A program made the position numbers and the translations under genes. Below the pieces are notes generated by a model. It saw only the letters and a list, made by a program, of their open reading frames with translations. It made no database searches and was not told where the DNA came from. A stretch of 63,369 nt of DNA, counting the filler, from an uncultured Methanosarcinales archaeon (GTDB lineage: Archaea; Nanobdellota; Nanobdellia; Woesearchaeales; CAIVOO01), in NCBI GenBank assembly GCA_964485195.1. It is 3 parts of 3 records of this genome, joined end to end, with 100 filler letters (N's around TTAATTAATTAA, not from the genome) between each part and the next. Parts side by side here need not be neighbours in the genome. Positions count along the whole stretch, not along the records: positions 1 to 31,454 come from CAZAIK010000005.1; 2 more parts are not named here. The stretch is one strand, 5' to 3'. Shown here in pieces: positions 8,072 to 15,960 of this stretch (within the stretch, counting starts at the first letter, position 1; every line of letters begins with the position of its first letter).

Positions 8072-11000
8072 TTATTCCTCAGTCGCCAGCTCAATGATGT
8101 TGCTGGCCCATCCCTTGTCGCTCAAGAGCTTCCGGACTTCCTTGACTGACTTCCCCTGCGCAGCCTTCTTTTTCACAAAATCAATCAGCCGGTCTATGCT
8201 GTTGTCCTCTTTTTTCATCTCAAACGTGATTGACTTTATCACGTTCTCATCAAGATTGAGGCCTTCAAGATAGTTGGTTACATCAAGCTCTGTCTTGTTC
8301 TCCTTGAGCATCGAATAGACTGAATTCATTATGTTTTCAAGATGGCTGGCCTTCGGAAGCTGGACTTTTTCCTCTTTCCCCGGGACAGCCTCTTTCTTCT
8401 TCTGTATCAGGGCAAGTGTTGTGCCTGCGCCTGCTGCTATTATCACGGCGAGCATAACAATTATGAAAACAAAATATTTTTCTATGAAGGATTGCTCTTC
8501 AGGAACCGGCTCTTCCTCCTCAATCGGCGTTGGCTCCTCAACAAGCGACGGGGCTTCCTCTTCCTCAGCCTCAACAACCTCCTCTGGCTTTTTGAAGGAT
8601 ATTCTTTTCAGCTCAAATATCGCTTTGGTAAGCTCTATGCTTTCCAAGGTAAATGAGATGTCATCAGTCCCGTCCTGGTCCAGGTCAACCCTTGTGGTCT
8701 CCCCCACGGGAATTTCCCTGACAACCGGGTCGGACCTGAATTCAAAAACAGCCCTTTTGTCTGTGTAAACCTGCTTCAGCTTGATCTCGTGCTTCACACC
8801 ATCAATCGTGAATATGTATCTTGAACCGGGGGTGAGGGAGGACCTTTGCGGCTCCACTGTAAGCTCTGCAGCCACCAGCTCCTGGACAACCACTCCCTCT
8901 TCAGGTATGTGGAGGTTTCTTGGGGTGTAATTCCCGATGCCTGAGCTGAAGCCTGTTGATTTCACTATGCAGTTGGCCATGTCACAAAAGATGATTTCAA
9001 CCAGGTAATTGGTGTGGAAGGCCAGCCCTGTAAACAGGTAATAACCTGTTGTGGCAAAAGAGGAGTTAGATGCCGAGCCTTCTGAAAGCGCCCCTGAAGA
9101 CCCGTACCTCAGGGAAAAGTTCACCGGCTCGGAAAGCTCCCAGCTGAGGTTTTCAGAGCTGTTGGTCACCTGGGTGAGCTCCAGGGAAAGTATTGTTGGA
9201 AGAATTGTGTCTACTGTGAAGGATATCGTGGAAAAGGTGATGTTCCCCTGGGTGTTGTTGGCAAGCACAGTTATGTTATTCAATCCTTCCAGTGCTGTGA
9301 ATGTGGTGTTTGCGCATCCTGTAAGATTTTCCCTTTCTCCTGAAACATTCAGGAACCAGCACTTGTCAGGGCTGCTGAACAGAACAGAGTAAGTCAGGTT
9401 AATTGTTGAATCATTGTAGTAAGACCCATTTACCGGAGAAAGCACTGATATGGAGGCGTTTGTCAGAAAGTTTACCGGAAACACCTGGCTCCTGTTGATG
9501 ACAGGGTAGAAAACCTGCGGAGCTCCTTCAACTGAAAAAACTGTCAGGTTATAGTCCTGGAAACTCTTGCCTGAGCCTGTTTCTGTGTATTCCGTGACAT
9601 TTTTCCAGGGGATGTTTCCAGAGGCATTGGTCAGTTCAGAAAAGAAAATTCCTGTGGAGTTTCTGAGGGTAGCATTTGCACCTTCAATAGCATTTAGGAG
9701 CGTGTCCCTCACCAGCACGTTGAACAGCCACTTTACCAGGAACTGGGAACTTCCTGTGAATGTGTTGGAAAGCGATTTATTGAAAGTTACGTTAACGAAA
9801 GAAACAATGGAATCATCAAGGCTTACTGCCCGTTGCGAAAGGTCAAGGTTTAAGTCTCTCAGCACAGCCGAGCTGTTCACAGCATAAACCCCTGATGAGG
9901 CATTTGTTATGTTCAGCTCCAGCGTGGAAATATTAAGAACAGAACCTGTCACTTTCATAATAGTCTGGGAATCTTGGATGTTTATGTTTTTAATTGATGA
10001 TGAGTAGGCAGGAGTTGCGTTTGCTATCATTATGGTGCTGTTGGAATTCCTGATGGAGGAGTTCTCAAAAATAACTTTCTTGCTGGAAAGGTCATCCTGA
10101 TAGAAGATTCCAAAGCTTGAGTTACGGCAGCCGGAAAGGTCAAGGTTGGTGTAAATGCTGTTGTTGGCATCAACGTCGCCTACGCATAAAGGTGCATTCT
10201 TAATTGTCAGGTTGTTTATCCTGCTGTTCTGGCCCTCTACAACAAATCCCATTCTGGACGCATTTTCAATAAATATGTCCTCCGCTGTGTTGTTAGAGAT
10301 CTCCCCAAAAGTACTTGTTAGCAAGAGTGCAATCCCGGAAGAATTATAGATTCTTATATTTCTAAAATTGGAAAAATTACCTGCAATTCCAACAGCACCG
10401 AAAGATTCCTCCCTGTTAAAATAAGATGTTATGTTTGTCACGTTTGCAAAATTGCCTATTATTCCAACATCATTGTTTTTTGAATTGTTGAAAAAGCAGT
10501 TGCTCACAATTGTATGGTTCACCCGTTCCAGGAGTATTGCCTGCCCGTCTGTATCGTAGATGCTGCACCCCATTACATTTATCTTTCTTGAATAGCGCAG
10601 CCGGATTGAGTGCCAACTGGAGTTTCTTGAGGTGAAAGAGCTGAAGGTCACATTTTCCATACCCCCTGCCTGGCCTTCAACAGCCCTCTGAAAATTCTCA
10701 AAAGTGCAGTTGTTAATTTGTATGTTTGTTGCGTTGTCCATGCCTATTGCTATTATGTTTGTATCATTGGCAACATAAACAGAGCTGTTGCAGTCAAGGG
10801 TGATTGAATCAACATCCTCAAAAAAGATTGTCTTGTCGTTTGAATGCGTTCCCGGGCAGACAGTCCCGGATTTGTTAATGTAATAGTCAGCTGTGAGGTT
10901 GGAAATATTAAGGCAGGGTTCAGTCTGGTTGATTAGCACAGTGTCATTTGCAAAAAGGCCTGCCGCTATGGAAGTCACATTCCAGTAGAAGATTCCTGCT

Positions 11001-11410
11001 GAGGGCGCAGTTACGTTGTATTCCCAATAGTCTCCTGCAGAAACATAAGTCATATTGTCCGCTATTGGTGTTGAAAAATTGATGAAGATTTCTGCAGTGC
11101 CAACGTCAACTTCAGGTATGCTGAAATTGGCAAAAAACTTAACCTGCTCCCCGTTGTATATTGTCTTGCCTGCGAAAGGGAAGGATGAGTTGTCAGTCTC
11201 ATCCCATATTGTCACGTTCTCCCCGCCCGACTGCCCGAAGCCAGCCATTCCTGTTATTCCGTTCTTGAAAAAGCCGAAGATGTCAGCGAAAAGCTCCTTA
11301 AAGCTGAACTCCCTGTAGCTGAACGAGTCCACAAATTCTCCGGAATCAATGGAGAGAACAGCGCTAGCCAGAAGTATGGTTACAACTATGAAAACCAGTG
11401 TTTTTTTCAT
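8072..11410 (-). CDS. Large secreted surface glycoprotein (Ig-like, parallel beta-helix, Fn3, TM, cytoplasmic tail)
   Basis: Signal peptide, Asn/Ser/Ile-rich beta-helix repeats, many NxS/T sequons, acidic stalk and TM near the C-terminus. Confidence 0.75.
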   Translation of the reverse strand: MKKTLVFIVVTILLASAVLSIDSGEFVDSFSYREFSFKELFADIFGFFKNGITGMAGFGQSGGENVTIWDETDNSSFPFAGKTIYNGEQVKFFANFSIPEVDVGTAEIFINFSTPIADNMTYVSAGDYWEYNVTAPSAGIFYWNVTSIAAGLFANDTVLINQTEPCLNISNLTADYYINKSGTVCPGTHSNDKTIFFEDVDSITLDCNSSVYVANDTNIIAIGMDNATNIQINNCTFENFQRAVEGQAGGMENVTFSSFTSRNSSWHSIRLRYSRKINVMGCSIYDTDGQAILLERVNHTIVSNCFFNNSKNNDVGIIGNFANVTNITSYFNREESFGAVGIAGNFSNFRNIRIYNSSGIALLLTSTFGEISNNTAEDIFIENASRMGFVVEGQNSRINNLTIKNAPLCVGDVDANNSIYTNLDLSGCRNSSFGIFYQDDLSSKKVIFENSSIRNSNSTIMIANATPAYSSSIKNINIQDSQTIMKVTGSVLNISTLELNITNASSGVYAVNSSAVLRDLNLDLSQRAVSLDDSIVSFVNVTFNKSLSNTFTGSSQFLVKWLFNVLVRDTLLNAIEGANATLRNSTGIFFSELTNASGNIPWKNVTEYTETGSGKSFQDYNLTVFSVEGAPQVFYPVINRSQVFPVNFLTNASISVLSPVNGSYYNDSTINLTYSVLFSSPDKCWFLNVSGERENLTGCANTTFTALEGLNNITVLANNTQGNITFSTISFTVDTILPTILSLELTQVTNSSENLSWELSEPVNFSLRYGSSGALSEGSASNSSFATTGYYLFTGLAFHTNYLVEIIFCDMANCIVKSTGFSSGIGNYTPRNLHIPEEGVVVQELVAAELTVEPQRSSLTPGSRYIFTIDGVKHEIKLKQVYTDKRAVFEFRSDPVVREIPVGETTRVDLDQDGTDDISFTLESIELTKAIFELKRISFKKPEEVVEAEEEEAPSLVEEPTPIEEEEPVPEEQSFIEKYFVFIIVMLAVIIAAGAGTTLALIQKKKEAVPGKEEKVQLPKASHLENIMNSVYSMLKENKTELDVTNYLEGLNLDENVIKSITFEMKKEDNSIDRLIDFVKKKAAQGKSVKEVRKLLSDKGWASNIIELATEE

Positions 11411-11462
11411 CTAAACTCCATAAAAACTAAAGGAATTTTATTTATAAAGGTTTCTACATTAT

Positions 11463-11611
11463 GGTTAAGTCAAGTTAATTGTGCAAAAGCTGGTGCTGCG
11501 CTCCGTGCTGATGCGGATTAGGAGTTTAGTCCGGTTTATTTGGAATTTGAAGTTTTGGCTGATAACTGCGCCAGGCAGCACCAGCGCCAATGCAGGATGC
11601 CTGACTTAACC
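11463..11611. repeat. Dispersed palindromic element family 1, copy B
   Basis: Perfect 10-bp terminal inverted repeat GGTTAAGTCA/TGACTTAACC; inner 11-bp stem GCTGGTGCTGC (11489-11499) with GCAGCACCAGC (11575-11585). Confidence 0.8.
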
Positions 11612-11654
11612 CTGCTTAGTAAATTATTTAAATAGTCCATTATTTGCTTTTTAA

Positions 11655-14600
11655 ATGGCTGAAACCAGTAAAGGCAGATACGAGCACGAGAAAACTGAGC
11701 AGAAAATCCTGGATTATTGGGGAAAGAACAAAATCTATGAGAAGTCTGTTGAGAAGAACAAGAACGGCCCCAAGTACCGGTATCTTGACGGCCCCCCCTA
11801 CACCAGCGGAGCCATTCACCTGGGTCACGCCTGGGGAAAGGCCCTGAGAGATGCCAGCCTGAGATACAGGAGGATGAGGGGGCTGGACTGCTGGGACATT
11901 CCAGGATTTGACACCCACGGGCTTCCCATTGAGGTGGCAGTTGAGCAGAAGCTCGGGATAAGAGAGAAGCACGAAATTACTGAAAGGCTGGGGCTCAAAA
12001 AATTCATTGAGGAATGCCAGAAATTTGCCATTGAGCAGATGGAGCCCATGATAAAGGACTTCAAGAGAATAGGGGTGTGGCTGGACTGGGAAAATCCCTA
12101 CATCACTTTCAGGAATGAGTATATTGAAGGTGCCTGGTGGGCGTTGAAAAGGGCCCAGGAAAACGGCTTTCTCTATCTCGGGGAAAAGGCAATGACCTGG
12201 TGCCCGCGATGCGCAACAGCACTAGCAAAGCACGAGCTGGAATACTATCCTGTAACTGAAAATTCCATATTTGTAAAGCTAAAAGTCAAGGGGAAAGAGA
12301 ATGAATACCTGATAATATGGACCACGACTCCCTGGACAATCCCCTTCAATCTTGCGGTTATGGCAAATCCCGAGCTTGACTATGTAAGGGCAAAGGTTGA
12401 TGATGAAGTCTGGATTCTTGCAAAGGGAATGGCTCCTTCTGTTATCAGCGCAGTTGCAGGCAAGAAATACGAGATTCTTGAGGAGTTCAATGGGAAGGAG
12501 CTGGAAGGAACAGAATACGAGCCCTTGTTCAGGAACAAACTGCCTCTTTATGACGAGATAAAGAAGAAAAGTCCCAATGCATTCAAAGTCATACTATCAA
12601 AAGAGCACGTTTCACTCGGCTCAGGCTCCGGGCTGGTCCACTGCGCTCCCGGATGCGGCCCCGAGGACTATGAAGTGGGAAGGAAATACAAAATCCCGCC
12701 GTTCAACGAGCTGGACGAGCACGGGAAGGTGAAGGATTCCATGGGAGTCTTCTCAGGCCTTACTGCGAAGAAGGACGACAGGAAGTTCATTGAGATAATA
12801 AAGGAAACAGGAATGCTGATAGACACCGCGCCTGTTGAACACGATTATGCCCACTGCTGGAGATGCAAGACAGGAGTGATTTACAAGACAACAGACCAGT
12901 GGTTCCTCGCGGTGGAAAAGCTCAAGGAGGAGATGATTAAGGAGAACAACAAAGTTGATTGGGTCCCTGAATGGGGGGGCTTAAGATGGTTTGACTCCTG
13001 GCTCCGCGATTTGCAGGACTGGTGCATCTCAAGGCAGAGGTTCTGGGGAATACCCCTTCCCATATGGAAGTGCGAGAAATGCGGGGAAATAAGGTTAATT
13101 GAGAATAATGAGGAGATAAAAAAGCTGACAGGGAAGAAGCTTGACAATTTGCACAGGCCCTGGATTGATGAAGTAACTTTTGAATGCGAAAAGTGCAAGT
13201 CCAAAATGAAAAGGGTTCCTGATGTTCTTGATGTGTGGCTCGACTCAGGGGCAGCCACCTGGGCAGCCTGGAAAAACAGGAAGGACTGGGCGAAAATAAA
13301 AAGCGATTTCATTCTTGAGGGAAAGGACCAGATAAGGGGGTGGTTCAACTCATTAATCTGCCTTTCAATGGTCGCAAGAACAACAAATGCATACAAAGCA
13401 GTGTATATGCACGGCTTTGTCAACGACTCCCTGGGAAGAAAGATGTCCAAGTCCCTGAAAAACATTATTTCGCCTTATGAAGTGATAGACAAGTACGGCG
13501 CTGACACTATGAGGTATTACATGATAGGGGCTGCCAAGCCAGGAGTTGACATGAACTATAATTTTGAGGACATGAAGATAAAGTTCAGGAACCTTTCAGT
13601 GCTCTGGAACATACACAAGTTTTTGATTGACTTTTCTGAAACAAATGAGATAACAGATACCGTCCTGAACAGCAGGAACTTCGGAATTGAGGAAAAATAC
13701 ATCATCTCAAGGTTGAACAGCACAATAGCCAAAGTCACGGAGTTGTACGAGAATTACAGGCTGAACGAGGTTCCCGATGAGATAGAGAGGTTATTCCTGG
13801 ACCTGTCAAGGGCATACATACAAATGGTGAGGGAAAAATCAGTTTCAGGCACTGAAAAGGAGAAGCAGGCGATATTCGCAACGATCTACAGCGTTCTTTT
13901 GGAAAGTTTGAAAATGTTCTCAACAATCGCGCCGTTCGTATCAGAGGACATTTACCTCAGTTTAAGGGAGAAGTTCAAGATGAAGAAACCAAGCGTCTGC
14001 CTTTATTCCTGGCCCGAAGCTGACAGGAAAAAGATAGATGAGGGGCTGGAGCAGAACATGGACATTATGAGGGAAGTCCTGCAGGCGATTTATTCAGCAA
14101 GGGAAACTGCCCAGCTGGGGATAAGATGGCCGGTGAAGGACGTGACTGTCGTCACAGAGGACGAAAGCGTGAAAAAGGCTGTTGAAAGCCTGATGGAAAC
14201 AATAAAAAACCTTGCAAATGTGAATGACATAATAATCAAGGAGAGCATGGGACTGAAGAAACAGGTCAGGGCAGACTACAAAAGATTAGGTCCTGTTTTC
14301 GGGGAGAAAACCCCTTCCATAATAGCACAGCTGTCATTCAACTCGTCTGAAGCAATACTGGGAGGTATTGAAAGGGAGGGGAAGTTCTCAATGAAGATTG
14401 ACGGGGAGACAGTTGAGATACTGCCTGAATACCTCATAATAGAGAACCAGGTCCCTTCCCATCTTGCAGAGGCCCAGTTCAGGGGAGGCTATGTTTACCT
14501 CAACAAGGACAGGAACAAGGAGCTGGAGGCAGAGGGCTTTGCAAGGGAGCTCACGAGAAGGGTGCAGGCATTGAGAAAAAAGGCAGGAATGGTCAAGACA

Positions 14601-14792
14601 GACTCAATAGAGTTATTCATAAAGACAGACAGGGAAATGTCTGAAATGCTAAAGAAGTGGGAAAAAAGAGTAAAGGAAAAAACAGGAGCTGTCAGCATTG
14701 AGATAAGCCAGGACACTTCTGACAAGTATGACTTTGAGAGCAAGGAAAAGATTAAGGGAAGGGAATTTGTCCTGATGATAAACAAGGTGTAA
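11655..14792 (+). CDS. ileS: Isoleucyl-tRNA synthetase
   Basis: DGPPY, HLGH (HIGH), WTTTPWT, DWCISRQR, EGKDQIRGWF and KMSKS motifs. Confidence 0.97.
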   Translation: MAETSKGRYEHEKTEQKILDYWGKNKIYEKSVEKNKNGPKYRYLDGPPYTSGAIHLGHAWGKALRDASLRYRRMRGLDCWDIPGFDTHGLPIEVAVEQKLGIREKHEITERLGLKKFIEECQKFAIEQMEPMIKDFKRIGVWLDWENPYITFRNEYIEGAWWALKRAQENGFLYLGEKAMTWCPRCATALAKHELEYYPVTENSIFVKLKVKGKENEYLIIWTTTPWTIPFNLAVMANPELDYVRAKVDDEVWILAKGMAPSVISAVAGKKYEILEEFNGKELEGTEYEPLFRNKLPLYDEIKKKSPNAFKVILSKEHVSLGSGSGLVHCAPGCGPEDYEVGRKYKIPPFNELDEHGKVKDSMGVFSGLTAKKDDRKFIEIIKETGMLIDTAPVEHDYAHCWRCKTGVIYKTTDQWFLAVEKLKEEMIKENNKVDWVPEWGGLRWFDSWLRDLQDWCISRQRFWGIPLPIWKCEKCGEIRLIENNEEIKKLTGKKLDNLHRPWIDEVTFECEKCKSKMKRVPDVLDVWLDSGAATWAAWKNRKDWAKIKSDFILEGKDQIRGWFNSLICLSMVARTTNAYKAVYMHGFVNDSLGRKMSKSLKNIISPYEVIDKYGADTMRYYMIGAAKPGVDMNYNFEDMKIKFRNLSVLWNIHKFLIDFSETNEITDTVLNSRNFGIEEKYIISRLNSTIAKVTELYENYRLNEVPDEIERLFLDLSRAYIQMVREKSVSGTEKEKQAIFATIYSVLLESLKMFSTIAPFVSEDIYLSLREKFKMKKPSVCLYSWPEADRKKIDEGLEQNMDIMREVLQAIYSARETAQLGIRWPVKDVTVVTEDESVKKAVESLMETIKNLANVNDIIIKESMGLKKQVRADYKRLGPVFGEKTPSIIAQLSFNSSEAILGGIEREGKFSMKIDGETVEILPEYLIIENQVPSHLAEAQFRGGYVYLNKDRNKELEAEGFARELTRRVQALRKKAGMVKTDSIELFIKTDREMSEMLKKWEKRVKEKTGAVSIEISQDTSDKYDFESKEKIKGREFVLMINKV

Positions 14793-14793
14793 G

Positions 14794-15015
14794 ATGTATG
14801 AAAGACTAGTCTTGTATGACGGGGGGAATGGCAAAGAAAAAGATGTGCCCAGACCGGAAGTTCCCATTCCTTATAATGATGTATTCATTGACCCGCTGCA
14901 TCCTGAATGGGAAACAGAAGAGGAGGACTTGGATGACTTGCCCGGAGGACTGGAAGTAAAAATCAGGAAAAGGCCTCCTGAATGGCACAAGAATCCAAGC
15001 ATTTGGATAATATGA
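14794..15015 (+). CDS. Small acidic/Pro-rich hypothetical protein
   Basis: ATG 1 nt after the ileS stop; operonic packing. Confidence 0.55.
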   Translation: MYERLVLYDGGNGKEKDVPRPEVPIPYNDVFIDPLHPEWETEEEDLDDLPGGLEVKIRKRPPEWHKNPSIWII

Positions 15016-15146
15016 TGCAGCCATTGACCGGGTGGACATTTGTACAGCTTGCTGTTTACGTAATAGTATGGGTGTTGATATTCTGCATCGGCTACCTCAT
15101 TTTCGCGTGGTGGGCCAGGAGGAAAGCCGGAAAGAGAAACTATTAG
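15012..15146 (+). CDS. 44-aa single-TM small protein (missing from the ORF track)
   Basis: ATGA overlap with the upstream stop; MMQPLTGWTFVQLAVYVIVWVLIFCIGYLIFAWWARRKAGKRNY, a TM helix with a positive-inside tail. Confidence 0.65.
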   Translation: MMQPLTGWTFVQLAVYVIVWVLIFCIGYLIFAWWARRKAGKRNY

Positions 15147-15655
15147 TACTCAATGCCTTTTTTTGCAGGAATCTTCTTGTCTGAAGGGTGCTTTATCTGC
15201 CTTATTTCTGTTGCAAAATCAGCCCTGTCAATGAATTCCTGCGGGGCATACCTCCCCGTGAGGTATATTGTTGTTTTTTCATCTGCCTTGTCCAGCAAAC
15301 CAAGAACCTTCTGCTTGTCAACCAGCCCTGCAGAGGCAGCGATGTTAATTTCATCAAGAACTATAAGGTCAGGCTTTTCAGCAAGCTTTTTCCCGGCAAA
15401 CTCAAGGCCTTCCCCTGCCAGTCTTTTGTCCTCCTCAGAAGGATTTTCCAGGTCAACAAATCCCTTTCTTCCGAACTGGCGGATTTCATAGTTTTCACCA
15501 AGCTTTTCCTTCACCTTCACTTCGCCGGTCTCCTGGCCTTTCATGAACTGCACTATGACAACCTTATGCCCCCACCCAACGCTCCTCAGGGCCACACCTA
15601 ATGCTGATGTTGTCTTTCCAGCGCCAGTGCCTGTCCACAGGTAAACAAGAGCCAT
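15143..15655 (-). CDS. cobO: ATP:corrinoid adenosyltransferase (CobA/BtuR/CobO family)
   Basis: TGAGKTTSALG P-loop; VQFMKG, LDEIN, LTGR.AP and KKGIEY motifs. Confidence 0.92.
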   Translation of the reverse strand: MALVYLWTGTGAGKTTSALGVALRSVGWGHKVVIVQFMKGQETGEVKVKEKLGENYEIRQFGRKGFVDLENPSEEDKRLAGEGLEFAGKKLAEKPDLIVLDEINIAASAGLVDKQKVLGLLDKADEKTTIYLTGRYAPQEFIDRADFATEIRQIKHPSDKKIPAKKGIEY

Positions 15656-15743
15656 TTTCTATCTTGATTTTCCTTTATTTTTAATTCTTTCTCTTAAATT
15701 GTTGTCTAGCCTGGTTTTAGTTAAAAAAATAAATATTGAGTGG

Positions 15744-15915
15744 TTCCTGCATTAATTATCTTTTTTATCGTGCTTCACTTGCCTGACTGCCATGCAGGAA
15801 TTAAGAATATGTTGTGGAAGGCGAAAAAAAGAATGCTATAAGTTAAAAATGTTTTTAGGCGGCTCTGGCAATAGAGCTCTATGCAAAAGGCGATAAGCTG
15901 GTTTTAAGAGCCGCC
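15744..15915. repeat. Dispersed double-hairpin element family 2, copy A
   Basis: Stems TTCCTGCAT/ATGCAGGAA and GGCGGCTCT/AGAGCCGCC; colinear with 30421-30588. Confidence 0.8.
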
Positions 15916-15960
15916 ATAATAAAATTTATTTTTTAGAGTCCTAAATTAATTTTTCAAATA

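Noticed and set aside
1962..11611. Family 1 copies as ends of one composite transposon
   Set aside because: The copies are in direct orientation, each has its own inverted repeat, they enclose housekeeping genes, and there is no transposase or target-site duplication.
15656..15960. Cobalamin riboswitch upstream of cobO
   Set aside because: The GCCA...GGAAGGC resemblance is on the strand opposite cobO, other core motifs were not found, and the second copy is not near B12 genes. A cmscan would settle it.
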